Below, piece after piece: positions 24,486 to 37,295 of a stretch of DNA of 64,000 nt; within the stretch, counting starts at the first letter, position 1; every line of letters begins with the position of its first letter. Position numbers and translations under genes: made by a program. The stretch covers positions 34,472,001-34,536,000 of the forward strand of contig OZ336877.1 in assembly GCA_965287045.1 (NCBI GenBank), written 5' to 3'. The DNA is from Carcharhinus amblyrhynchos. Its lineage: Eukaryota. The notes under the pieces were generated by a model. It saw only the letters and a list, made by a program, of their open reading frames with translations, did not search any database and had not been told where the DNA came from.

Positions 24486-25801
24486 CTGGGACAGGTGGTT
24501 GGTTCAATTACAACAAATGATATACTTTTGCGAGTGATGAGAACTTTTTGCGGTGTTTTAATGGATATCTGGAACTACCCTGCAAGAAAATAAAACAAGG
24601 ATCTAGTAGAAGAAAGACTAATGCCTGCCATGAGATGCCCTGTTGCAGCGAATTTTGGTTCACCAATGTTTAAGTACTACCATGAGCTGGAATGGAACAA
24701 TTTGCCGTATACCCAGTTAGTTAAAGATATTCCTCCCCTCTTGATGCTAAAAAAAACTCCTAAAAATTGCTGGCCTCTGGTGGACAATGGGATTGACAGT
24801 CCATCTTATTAACCAACAAAAAAATTTAAGGTTTAAGATCTAAATGCAACTGAGAACTCAAGTAAATTAGAATTAAATCAGGTACACAGAGAGAGAGAGA
24901 GAAAAGAGACAAAAGGCACAATCTTACTGACCATTCACGCCATACTAATGCTGCAGCGATTTCGGAGAATTTGGCACCCAGCCAAGTCTCTATTTACTGC
25001 AGGAAAATGCCAGCATGCGTGGACATAACATTCCAGGCAAAGGAAAAATAAGAAACCAAATGTAAACATTTAAAATGTAAGATTTAAAAAAAGAATCCAA
25101 CAACAATTCTCAATCTGAAGGCATGATCTTTAGTTGTTCACTTTTGGGCCAGAGGAATTGTTGACAGTCATTAACAATTATCCTGTTGTTGAAAGGGTAC
25201 TTCTGCTATTGATTATTCGACTTGACTCTCTGTGATGAGTTTAATGTGCAGTTGGCATGCAAATCCAGTCACTTCATGAAGCTTGTGGAAAGTTAAGGGT
25301 AAGATACCATTTTTGCCAAGTCCCCAACAGTGGGGAAGCATCAATCAAGTACAAACATCTGGCAATTTGGAACATCTATTCATTGGATTCTGGCTTGTTC
25401 ACAGATTCATAGTGGCCTTTCACCAGCAAATTGTGGCCTCACGAGTTGTAGCTTTGCAAAGGTTTAAATGCTTGAATGGCTTGGGTATAAATAGAATTAT
25501 TTATCAGGAATTGAGAATTGATTTCTCCCCACCCTATTGTACACACAAACACTGTGCTAAGATTGAGTGTGTTCGCGCATGTATTTGTTCACATGCATGG
25601 CCTTTGTAATTTTGAAGAATTATTGTTTCGCTATTACAATCTCATCCATAGTTATGGGTATTTATTTGTTTCTTAATTGAGAAGCCACGATAAATGCTAT
25701 CAACACTGAAGTTATAATACGTTTAAGGCACTCTAGGAAATTGCAATTCCGATATAAGGCAAATTGTGATTTTAAGAAGGATTGCAAGAGTGAAATAGGA
25801 A

Positions 25802-26105
25802 CATGGTGGCACAGTGGTTAGCACAGCTGCTTCACAGTGCCAGGGACGTGGGTTCAATTCCGGCCTTGGGTCACTGGCTGTGTGGAGTTTGCACACTTCC
25901 CCCCACTCCGTGTTTGCGTGGGTTTCCTCCGGTGCTACAGTTTCCTCCCACACTGCAAAGATGTGTGGGTTGGGTTGATTGGCCCTGTTGTCAGGGGGAT
26001 TAGCAGGGTAAATATGAAGGGTTATGGGAATAGGGCCTGAGTGGAATTGCGGTCGGTGCAAACTCAAAGGACCAAAATGGCCTCCTTCTGGACCGTGAGG
26101 ATTCT
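25802..26105 (+). mobile_element. HE1-type V-SINE (tail A)
   Basis: Matches the SINE consensus. Confidence 0.85.
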
Positions 26106-26537
26106 CTGAATGGATAATTCCAACATTTTAAAGTCCTGGACTGATATAGATGCAATTACTGTAATCCAGAAAATATTGCCTAAGTTACGGGCAATTACAC
26201 ATAACATCCCTATGGAAAAAGAGCTATTAGACATCAAATGAGATAGAATTGTGTAATTTAATGCATATGTGAGAACAGCAGCAGTGCCATGACATCCAAG
26301 CCAAGCCACCTCATGAGCACACGTGTTCTATCAATCAGTAAGATTCTCAAATACATAGTGGCAGAAGATTATTTCTGCATGTGTAAATGTGACAGAGTGA
26401 TGGGTTCTGTTCCATTCTGAAATACGCTTACAAATCACAATTATCCATGCAAAATTCACTGCAGCTGCTATTGGGTTGTCACTTGATTTCCACTGAGAAC
26501 AAATCTTTCTTCGAGTTGCTTTTAAGTCAGAAGATGT

Positions 26538-27352
26538 GGGCCGCGATTCCCACCAAACCCCCCACCCCCGCAAAAACATACGTGTTACAACGGCGAGAAT
26601 ACCAGATCCCCATGGATATCGGGAGTCCACCCCCCATCGGCAGCATGTTTCCCCACCCTCTGCCTGACACAGGTCACCAGCGTCACTGGGGCATTGAGAC
26701 CTTCCCAATCAGTGTCTCTTCATGATCCCCGACTTGCCCCCACCTCCTCCTGCATAGCACCTCCTCGCCCCTCCCCCCCCCCCCCCCCCAACCCCATTCG
26801 GGCCCAATTGCAGCACAGCCCATGGCACACTGGCAGAACAGCCCAGACATATCCCCAATCATTCAGGAGTTTTAATAGCCACCGACCTCTCCCTGATCAT
26901 CCTCCACTTGTGGAAATCAGCAGTGATTCTCAAGGGTCTCAGCCAAGGATCAAAAGATCCTAGCAGCTAGGAAAATCTGGCCTTGAATGGGCTAAGCATA
27001 TTTAAATGCTACCTAAAATATGCTAATCAGCCTCATGCCCTTTCTGGCCATGATCTTATTTGTGCCAGCGAAAAGGGATCAGGACGATTTGGTGTTGGGT
27101 GCGAGACTGGTTTTTAAACCGGCACACTATTTGGGGGATGAATTCCAGAGCACCAGTGTCTTACCAACATTGTTACTGGGGCTAGTACCATCCAGCATGG
27201 GAATGCTGATAACAGCACCTAGAATTGGTAAGTGTGGCACTCAACTTCAGTGACCTCTAATGAACCCACAACAAAAGTGGTCAACATTCTCTTTGAGAGG
27301 CCTGGATCGGTGCAATCCGTGCCAAGCACGGTATGGTCAGAAAATCACCCCC
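26538..27352. mobile_element. Probable non-autonomous DNA transposon (GGG..GATT / AAAATC..CCC ends)
   Basis: Ends gggccgcgattccc and gaaaatcaccccc are imperfect inverted repeats; the interior is C-rich. Confidence 0.4.
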
Positions 27353-27811
27353 CTGGTCTCCAATCACAATTACCTAGTGTATGGAGACAGCCCTGAGTAG
27401 GTCGATGTTCAATATGTTGATAATGTGCACTTTCCATGACTTTCATGAAGTAACTGGATTTGCATGCCAACTGCACATTAAACTTGTGTAATCTAGTAAT
27501 CAATAGCAGAAGTACCCTATTAACAACACGAGTTGCAATACTATTTGAACATAAACTCTGGACATTAGATTAACCAAAATAAAATTTGTACACAGCGATT
27601 GACAAGTGAAGGAAAATAGTGCACAATGGAATGTTGGCCCTGCCATTATTATCTATAGTGAATCACTTTATGATTCGGAATGAGACATATTTTCCCTTTG
27701 GCATTGAACTGTAAATCTTAGTTCATTTTCTTGTTACTAACATCAACTCCAAGAAATAATATTTTCTTATGCAGCAGAAAGCAGAATAGACTCCTACATG
27801 ATGTTTCAATA

Positions 27812-28098
27812 GGGGCGGCATGTTAGCACTGCTGCCTCTCAGCGCCAGGGACCCAAATCGATTCCCAGCTAGGGTCACTGTCTGTGTGGAGTTTGCATTT
27901 CTCCCTGTGTCTGTGTGGGTTCCTCTGGATGCTCCAATTTCCTCCCACAGTCTGAAAGATGTGCTGGTTAGGTGCATTGGCCAGGCTAAATTCTCCCTCA
28001 GTATGACCGAACAGGTGACGGAGTGTGGCAGTTAGGGGATTTTCACTGTAACTTCATTGTGATGTTAACGTAAGCCTACTTGTGACACTAATAAACTT
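27812..28098 (+). mobile_element. V-SINE with tail B
   Basis: Head, V-domain and taagcctacttgtgacactaataaac. Confidence 0.85.
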
Positions 28099-28890
28099 AA
28101 ACCTTAAACATGCAGTGAGAGGTTTTGAGTACAGAAATCAGCTTGAGTGTTTTGGCTGGCAAGATGGACATTCCGCAGGGAAGAAAATCAGTCACAATTG
28201 TGTTTTTTCCACAACCATTCATGCTCAAGATCACACGTGCTTTATCGTTTCTCTTTCTGTACTGCCCTGCAATGTAAATAGAATGAATTCCAGAGCACCA
28301 GTGTCTTACCAACGCTTTAACTGGGGCTAGTACCAGGTTAGTACCATCCAGTACGGGAATGCTGACAACAGCACCTAGAATTGGTAAGTGCGGCACTCAA
28401 CTCAGTGACCTCTAATGAACCCACAACTAAAGTGGTCAACATTCTCTTTGAGACATCTGGAAAGCTATGTCTCTTGTACAGTTGTTTATATTTCACCAGC
28501 AGAGATTATAGCTGGGCCTGGTGGTAAAGCGTTGACTGTGTCTGGTGTGATCTAGTGAGAAACTCCAGTTGTTCTGAGAAAACATCACTTACGTCATGGC
28601 AAAATGGCTTTTTACTAAGGGGAGTAGTGTCGACTTGCAGCCTGCAGATCAAAGTGAATTGTTGGCTTATCACCAACCCATGACTATACTTATCAACTCA
28701 TATCCTTAGTAGGCCGCCAGTCATGATGATACTATACCTCAGCATGGAGCATCGTCAGCAGGAGGGATAAGGGGAAAGTCGCCTCATTAAAAAGAAAAAT
28801 GGATGTATGAGGACCCCAGAGTTTAAAATGACTTTGCATTTACCTAAGGTCTACACACCATCTCATTGGATATTCTGCCTACCCACATAT

Positions 28891-29482
28891 GGGGAGGTGA
28901 TTACCTTTTGCTACTATCGCTAAAACTATTAATCCAGAAACTCAGCTAATGATCTGGGGACCCGGGTTCAAATCCCGCCACAGTAAGTAGTGGAGTTTAA
29001 GTTCAATTAAAAAATTAAAGAGGGGGCTACATATAGCACTTGGGGTGAATGGAATTAAAAGTTGTGAGGATAAAACAGGATTAGATAGGTTATTGAGTTG
29101 GACGATCAGCCATGATCTTGATGAATGGCGGAGCAGGCTTGCAGGGCCGGATGGCCTTATCCTGCCCCTATCTTCTATGTTTCTATATCTGGAATTAAGA
29201 ATCTATTGATGACCATGAAACCATCGTCGATTGTTGGAAAACCCCAGCTGGTTCACTGATGTCCTTTAGGGAAGAAAATCTGCCATCCTTACCTGATACG
29301 GCCTGCATGTGACTCCAGATCCACAGAAATGTATTTGACTCTCAAATGCCCTCTAAGATGGCCCAGCAAACCATTCCGTTATATGAATTGCTACACTATC
29401 ACCTTCAAAAGGGCAACTAAGGATGGGCAATAAATGATGACCAGCCAGCGACAGCCATGTCCCATGCATGAGTAAAATAAAA
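28891..29482 (+). mobile_element. Family-T tRNA-headed element interrupted by a CR1 3' end (about 29025-29187)
   Basis: B-box gggttcaaatccc; the body resumes at atctggaattaagaatct; tail gggcaactaaggatgggcaataaatg. Confidence 0.75.
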
Positions 29483-30466
29483 ATAACAACATCAGTCTTA
29501 ATTTTTGACTGATAAAAGAGGTCAACTTAATTTGCATTCTTTTACTAAATGGAGTTGATCTTCTGCTCCTTGTGGTCAATGAAAGTAAAACCACTTTAGT
29601 CTGAACCACCACTTTGGATTCCTGACAGGCTTTTAACCGGTGGGAGATGTTTTTTCCTGGTTTACGAACCAGGGACCTTGCACATGTCAGGCGAACATGC
29701 AAATCACTACATTACAGAAACTCAGCTGGTGGGAAAGCCTCATTGCTCAAGGCTGAGCTAAGATTTCAATAGGGCCATCATCTGATCCAGTCTGCATATT
29801 TAAAGAAGGACCCCACCCACAGGCTTTGGGTGGCCAGGTTAGCCGCCTGTCCCAAAAGTGCTTTATTTTGTTGGGGGGGAGAGGGAAATGCCAAAAACAG
29901 GGTCCAGGTGGGTCATAGACACGCGTTATGCATTAACTAATTTTCCATCAGATGGGTGGGGTTAAAATTCCTCCCCCTCCCCGTGTTCAGTCGTTCCCCG
30001 TAGAGAAAACATTCATTTTATTGACTTCCTACTGCCATACATTATAGTCATTATTCGGCTAAAATATTCCGGATATAATATTTTCTAATTGCTACTGCAT
30101 TTGGCAGACGCGCTAATTAATATTCAGAATTAGATTGGATTGAGCAGAAGGAGAATTGGCTGATGAAAGCAGCGTAAGAGAGTCAGTGTTCAGTTAACTG
30201 GCACTAGTTAATGCATTTGTTTTATCCTGTCTTAAAAAACTGACTTAATTATTATAACATATTTTAACAAAACAGCTTTTTGAATATATAGCTTTTCTCC
30301 CCCTCCGGTAAAGCTTCTTTACATCTGTTTGTAAAAAGATAAAGTTGCCACAGTCCAAAATGACCATTTGCTGCTATCCCCTTTGATAGGGAGAGCTGAC
30401 CTTATTGTACTACTAGTAGCATATAGCAATTCATAAAATAACGTGCAGTGAAAAGCCCACACTTTG

Positions 30467-31028
30467 TTTTAAGTTTATTTATTATTATCACAAGTGAAGC
30501 TTACATTAACATTGCAATGAAGTTACTGTGAAAATCCCCTAGTTGCCACATTCCACCACCTGTTCAGGTACACTGAGGAAGAATTTAGCACGGCCAATGC
30601 ACCTAACCAGCACATCTTTTGGACCATGGAAGAAAACCCGAGGAAACCCATGCAGACACAGGGAGAACATGCAAGTTCCTTACAGACAGTCACCCAAGGC
30701 TGGATTTGAACCCAGATCCCAGGTACTGAGAGTAAATGATTGAAGAAGGAGACCATTGGGCCCATCGAGTCTGCACCGACCACAATCCCACCCAGGCCCT
30801 ATTCCCATAACCCCATGCATTTATCCTAGCTCGTCTCCCTGACACTAAGGGGCAATTTAATACGGCTAATACACCTAACCTGTGCACCTTTGGACTGTGG
30901 GAGGAAACCCATGCAGACATGGGGAGAATGTGCAAACTCCACATAGACAGTGACCCAAGCCAGGAATAGAACCCAGGTCCCTGGCACTGTGATGCATCAG
31001 TGCTAACCACTGTGCCACCGTGCCACCC
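30467..31028 (-). mobile_element. Adjacent V-SINEs: tail B (30467-30730) and tail A (30740-31028)
   Basis: Two reverse-complement SINE bodies in tandem. Confidence 0.8.
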
Positions 31029-32704
31029 TAATGAGGGTTTATAATAAGTGTTATTGACCTTGTAACTGAAGACCTATTAAGTAACAATAAAAACTACTCT
31101 TGGCCTACCTCCCTTGGTAGTGCTTAAACTTTCCAGTTGGCAGATTGTGGTTTTAAAGAAATTCCTCAGTTTTAGCACATTAATCCAGGGTGACAGATAT
31201 GTTTCCAAGGGTATCTCTTAGAACTCTGCTTGGGTAAAAGTTCCCCCTCCCCCCACCAATGTGAAAGAAAACAGATTCTTCTCAGGATGGCCTGGCCAAT
31301 ATTCCTCTTTCAACGTCAGTACCATAAACAGATTAACTGATCATCCATTCATTTGTGACATTAATGTGCACAATTATCTGCCCCAAAATCTGCTTACATA
31401 AAGTCTCAGGAGGACCCAAGTGCTTGTGAAGCACTTTGGAACGTCTTGTTGATGCAGAGAGGTGAGTTTGAAGTGCCACCTGTTTCTTTCCTGAAGGCAG
31501 CACATGCTTGAAGAGAGGATGGGTAAATAGTAAATTAAATTCGCTGCTCTGATGAAGAGTGAAGTGCTTCATTGTAGTGTTAAGAATAAGGAGGCCAGTC
31601 ACTACTCAGGAGGCAAGAAGCTGAATCAGGCGGAGCAGCTAAGAATACAGGTAGACAATTTGCTAAAAGGAGTAACTATCATTGATAAAGCCAGAAAGAG
31701 TGGAAACAAAGTAATGCAGCTCACTTCTAGAGGAAAGGCGCACAAAAGCAGGATAATGGATGGAATTTAACACCCTCCCTGTGGCAGGTTTGCTGGCGGG
31801 AAGCATTTGGTCAGGTGGGAGGCTGGTAGGTGAGGCCTTTCATTGAGTAATTAACCCAACAGTCAGAAGGCGGGGGGGGGGAAATGCTTACCCTAGTGTG
31901 TTTGCTTATGGATGCCTGGGATGATGGTGGGGGTAGGTGGAGGTTGCTTGTTTAAGAGTGCTCAGCACTTGGTAGAGTGACTTGGTATTAGGAAGGAGAG
32001 GCCTACTGTGACCCACCCCCTGCCTTTGCTGCCGACCATCACCACCGCCACCACCCTCCCCCACCAGCGTCTTCATTCTGATGCATGTGAACATACAAAT
32101 TAGATGCAGGAGTAGGCCCCTCGAGCCTGCCCTGCCATTCATAAGATTGTGACTGATAGACCTCTCATTACTGGCTTTCAGTAAACTCTAAGCAGTTCCG
32201 GACAAAAGTAAACACATTTCTTATTATTACTTTGTAGCTGTCGTGCTCACCAATTTCCTCTCATTTTCATTATATAATACTAACAAAGCGTGAAAAATAT
32301 GGCCCTCACATTCTAAGCTTCAATATAGATTGAGGCAAAGTTGTGAGAAACCACATGACGTTAAATTTCAATCCAAGGCTCACAAACTATTGGGAAGTAC
32401 CTTTAGTTGATATTTTTAATAAGATATTACCATTCTGTACTTTCTGTACTTAGAAAATTTGAATACTACGGAAGAAAAACATCTGTTACCTCTTTTCCTG
32501 AAGGCTCCAATCCTGTTTTTGATTTCAATTTTTTTTCCCTCAATGAGGTTGTGCCAATAAATCCAAATGGATATACCACTTGAATATGAAGTCCATTGGG
32601 TCCATATGAAAAATAGTTTCTGATTTTGAAATTGTAGCTCTGTTAAGTGGCCGCTTTTACAAGTAACGTTATAAATTGCCGACTCAATTAACAAATCCTG
32701 GCCA

Positions 32705-33015
32705 GGGTGGCACAGTGGTTAGCCCTGCTGCCTCACAGCGCCAGGGACATGGTTCCATTCCCAGCTCGGGTCAGTGTCTGTGTGGGGTCTGCATGTTCTC
32801 CCCGTGTCTGCATGGGTTTCCTCCGGGTGTTCTGGTTTTCTCCCACAGTCCTAAGATGTGTGGGTTAGGAGGTTGGCCACGCTAAATTGCCCCTTAGTGT
32901 CAGGGGGACTAACTAGGGTAACCGCATGCGGTTATGGGAATAGGGCCTGGGTGGGATTGTGGTTGGTGCAGGTTCAATGGGCCAAATGGCCTCCTTCACT
33001 GTAAGTTTCTACGAT
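32705..33015 (+). mobile_element. HE1-type V-SINE (tail A)
   Basis: Matches the SINE consensus. Confidence 0.85.
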
Positions 33016-34094
33016 TTTCCACTGCCAATTGGGTTAGATGGGTTCAGCGATGGTGAAAGCGGTAAATTTTGTGAGGGGTCCCAAATTGCGTTTCATGCTG
33101 GTGTGGATGCGTTGACCCAATTCTCCTCCCTTCCCCACCACCTCTCTTTCCACTCCCCCCCCCACCGCACCACCCCCACCCCCATCAGTGACTCAATGTT
33201 CAATGTAGGGAACATCATTGGAATACATGATCAACTCATTATCAGGCTTCAATGCCTGATTCAACCCCACCCACACGTGTTGGCATGATGATAGAACAGC
33301 ATGGGACCTGACTGGTCTCCCCAAAATACTTCATGTCCCGAGGAGACCAGTCTGGAGAGTTCCAGAGGAACTCAGTTGACTGCATCACTCGGGATGGGCG
33401 GGGGGAAGAGTGTCATACCGGGCATTGTTCCCTGCCACATCCCGGGCACAGTGAGCCATTGAAATTTCCATTCGCATCATTGGGACTGGAAGCTCCCACT
33501 GGCATGAAGGGCTGGAAAATTCCGGTCATTGTGTCTCCTGCCAATGCAAGATTGCTGCCGATACCTGTCTACACATACGCACGTGGCCACTCGGTTGCAG
33601 AATCCTAATTCATCATTTAAAATCTATTTGAATATCATTAGTGAGGTTAAAGATGTAGGTTCTGGCCTCACTTAATCACCCCCCCCCCCCCCGACAACCA
33701 GCGTGATGTCATTTGGGCACAAATTACGACTGCTCTTTAAAAACATGGACCAGGTGCCATGGACTCTGAGTGGTAGGGAGGAGTTGAGTACCACACTTCA
33801 CGTAGTGCCAGGGTGCACAAGGGCAAAGTAACTACTAGTCACATGCAGAGGAGTGGGAGTGGGTCCTTAATGGGACCTGGAGATGGTGGGGGGTGGGGGG
33901 GGAGGGTTTAAGCTGAGGTTGAGGGGACCAGGTTGGTGGTATCCCCTGGGATGGATGTTGTGGGTGGTCTGTGTAACCTTGAGACCTTTCAGGTTTAAAA
34001 CCCCTTAACAGCCCAGAGCAAATTTATAGGCTGTCTGTCCTAAAATCTTCTCACAGGGCAAGTGATATTCTGCAGTTTATCTCTTGTAATGTCC

Positions 34095-34390
34095 CATTAA
34101 GTTTGAAGAGACTCTGAGGTTACACAGAGGTGTTCTGGCATCAGAGATCCTCTTCAAGTTGTTTATTTACAGAGTATTTCAACCCCATTAAATTTGAAGA
34201 GGCTCTATAGTTACAGAGAGGCAATCTGGTGTCAGAGATCCTCTTGAAATTGTTTGTTTGCAGAGTATTTCGATCTGTTGTTTATATACAGAGCATTTTA
34301 CATTCCATGAAGTTTGAAGAGGCTCTGTGGCTACACAGTGGAAATCTGGTGTCAGAGATCCTCTTGAAATTGTTTGTTTGCAGAATATTT
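34095..34390. repeat. Three tandem 90-120 bp units
   Basis: Repeated tttgaagaggctct..ctggtgtcagagatcctcttgaaattgtttgtttgcaga.tattt. Confidence 0.75.
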
Positions 34391-35529
34391 CATGCTGGTG
34401 TGGATGCGTTGACACAATTCTCCTCCCTCCCCCACCCCCATCAGTGACTCAATGTTCAATGTAGGGAACATCATTGGAATACATCATCAACTCAATATCA
34501 GGCTTCCATGCCTGATTCAACCCCACCCCCATTAGAGGAGGAGGAAGAGCTCGAGGAGGACCCTGAGAAAGGAGGACTGGCAACGGGTGGCATGGGTGCG
34601 CCAAGCCAGGAGGAGCTATGATGCCCCGCATACCCTCCAGGTTCATGCATGAGTAGGCCTGGTGTCCAGCAGCTCCACAACCCTCACTAAGCGGGGGAGG
34701 AATACTTGAACTCACTGGGGGAAGATTGCGATCTGGATCATACCAGCACAGAACGCTCTGATTCTCACACCCAGATTTCAGGAAAATTCCACCCGTTGTG
34801 AACCGCTTGAAAAACGTTGACAATTTGAAGGAAGGATTTTCAGATTTTCCACAAGTGGTTTGGTTTTAAAAAAAAATCTTCCTGACACGTGCCTGAACCC
34901 TGAACTTTAAACTTCTGAATAAACTCCCATTCATGCATCGTGGGCTGTAACCTATATGGCGAAAGGCTCTAACAATCCTGCATAATTTTTCTCACAAGGT
35001 TAACTCAGTCTGATCTGAATATCAGAAGTGTTCTGAATGTTGCTAAAGATTAGATGAGTTTTATGATGGGTCCTGATTGGTGACCTCTGATTAGTCACTG
35101 ACATTGTCCAACACAGCAGCATTGCCCCGTTTGGCATTCAAACAGCAACGTGGAAACCTCTGACTTTTATGAAACAACAAAGGTTATTGTGCGAAATGTT
35201 ATGGCCATTGTCCCTTTCTCTCCCACCTTTTTTAGATTTTCCTTTTAAACAAAGAGCTTGTTGTGCTCCAGCCATCCTGTATAAATTAAAGCCAATCATT
35301 CACTTGTTAGATGACTTTGAGAATTGACTGAGAGGCCCAAACAACGAGCTTATTCCGTTTGTAAAAGAAAAGCCCACTAGTCTCGGCTCTGTTGGATATT
35401 TGCTGATATTATTCATGCGCCGTGGTGACAACATATCTCACACTGCTTTTGTTTTGGCTCCTTTATAATCAAATATCTCCTCCTATATGTCATACCCCCA
35501 TCACCCCCTCTGGTTTCTTCTCTCCCAAA

Positions 35530-36130
35530 CACAACTTATATTTATATAGTGCCTTTAACAAAATAAAAAATCCCAAAGCGCTTCACAAGTGGGTTATAAA
35601 ATAAATTATTCCACCAAGTTGCATAAAGATATATTAGGTCAGGCTACCACAGGTCTGGGTAAAGTGTCTCTCAAAGAAGGAAAGGCAGGTCGAAAGGAAG
35701 GTAGGTTTAGGGAAGGAATTCCATAGTTTGGGGTCCAAGCAGCTGAAGGTATGGCTGCCAATGGCGGAGCAATTAAAGTTGAGAATATACAAGGGGCCAA
35801 GCGCATCGATGTCTCAGAGGGTTGTAGGGTTGGAGGAGATTACAGCAATAGGGAGAGTTCGGTGTTGGAAATTTCCATCCTCACTCATGGCTGGGATTCC
35901 CTGGGTGCCGCTAGAAATGAACGGAGTTTTGGCTGGAATGTCATATTCATCGTTCTCATCTGCAGTGAGGCAGGGCACGGACGAGATTGGAGAATCCTGC
36001 TCCAGTTTATGAAGGGTCACGAGAGAGGATTTGATGAGGATTTTAAAATTGAGGTGTTACTTTGCTTTGAGGCAACAGAGATCAGCAAGCACAGGGGTGA
36101 TAAGCAAACGGGATTTGTTACAAGTTGGAA
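35530..36130 (-). mobile_element. Old L2-type LINE 3' fragment (with small insertion)
   Basis: tatttatatagtgcctttaac..cccaaagcgcttcac..ggtttagggaaggaattcca..gcagctgaagg..gagaggattt..gaggattttaaaattgagg. Confidence 0.55.
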
Positions 36131-36656
36131 AGCAGTAAGCAGACTCTGTCAAGTGTCAGAGGCAATGGAAATACTCAGCTATTGGGCCCTTTCACTGCAC
36201 TCACTGGCTGCTCACCCCTGTTTAATTGACAGCCGACTGAATCTGAGGCAAATCCCTGGAGTTGGGAATGTATCAGGGCTCCATTCCAATGCAGCTCCCC
36301 GCTGTTCTCCAGACCAACTCCAGCTGACAGCCTCCCCACCCCAACACCTTCAGCACCTCCACCACAGGGCTGGGAAAATCTAAGCTGTGGCATAGGTGCT
36401 GTTATCCATCCCCTTTATCCAGTGCCAGCTCGGATACTGTTCCATTATCCGAGGCAGGAGAAATTCCTGTCTGCGTGCTCTTAACTTCTCCACGGGTGTG
36501 TATGTTACTGTGTGTGAGAAGGCAGGTGCACTTGCAAATTCTCCGGGAGCCCCCTGGCAGCAACATGGATTTCCATGTTCTAGTTGCACCACGCTGTGAG
36601 GGTGTAGCTTATTCCTTAAACCGGCAGTGGACTCAATTGCAAATCCCACCTTCTGG

Positions 36657-36918
36657 GGAGGCATGGTAGCACGGTGGTTGGCGCTACTGCCTCACTGCAC
36701 CAGGGTTCAATTGGAGCCTTGAGTCACCGTCTGTGTGGAGTCTACACGTTCTCTCCGTGTGTTCCCTCCAGGTGCTCCAGCTTCCTCCCAAAGTCCAAAG
36801 ATGTGCAGGTTAGGTGGATCAGCAGGGTAAATACATGGGGTTACAGGAATGGAATGCTGTCTTGGAGCGTTAGTGCAGACTCAGTGGGCCAAAGGCCTCC
36901 TCCTGTGCTGTAGGGATT
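36657..36918 (+). mobile_element. HE1-type V-SINE (degenerate)
   Basis: Matches the SINE consensus with deletions. Confidence 0.7.
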
Positions 36919-37099
36919 AGCAGCCCATCAATGGGATATAAATGAGAGTCAGCCAACTCTTAGGATGCCTCACATTTCCGATTCATGACATTTATGCACC
37001 GCCCATTCGGAAACCACTTGCACCTTGAGTCTTTTGTCCACGCTAATGTCTCAGAAGCACCTCCTTTCCTTGGCAATTTATGAATGTTTATTGAGGAGC

Positions 37100-37295
37100 A
37101 TTCATGAACCAGATGGGTTTTTCCGACAATCCACAATGGTTTCATGATCATCGGTAGGTTCTTAATTCCAGATTTTTTTTATTGAATTCAAATTCTACCA
37201 CCTGCCGTGGTGGGATTCGAACCTGGGCCCCCAGAACATTAGCTGAGTTTCTAGATTACAGTCTAGTGATAATATCACTAGGCCATCACCTCCCC
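37100..37295 (-). mobile_element. Family-T tRNA-headed element, 5' half
   Basis: Reverse complement of ggggaggtgatggcctagtg..ggttcgaatcccaccacggc..aaaaacccatctggttca. Confidence 0.75.

Noticed and set aside
33091-34528. LTR retrotransposon
   Set aside because: The direct repeats lack TG..CA ends, PBS, PPT and TSD, and the interior has no gag/pol similarity.
35751-36383. 210-aa ORF as a nested gene
   Set aside because: It is mostly antisense to a decayed L2-type fragment, with no recognisable domain or splice structure.
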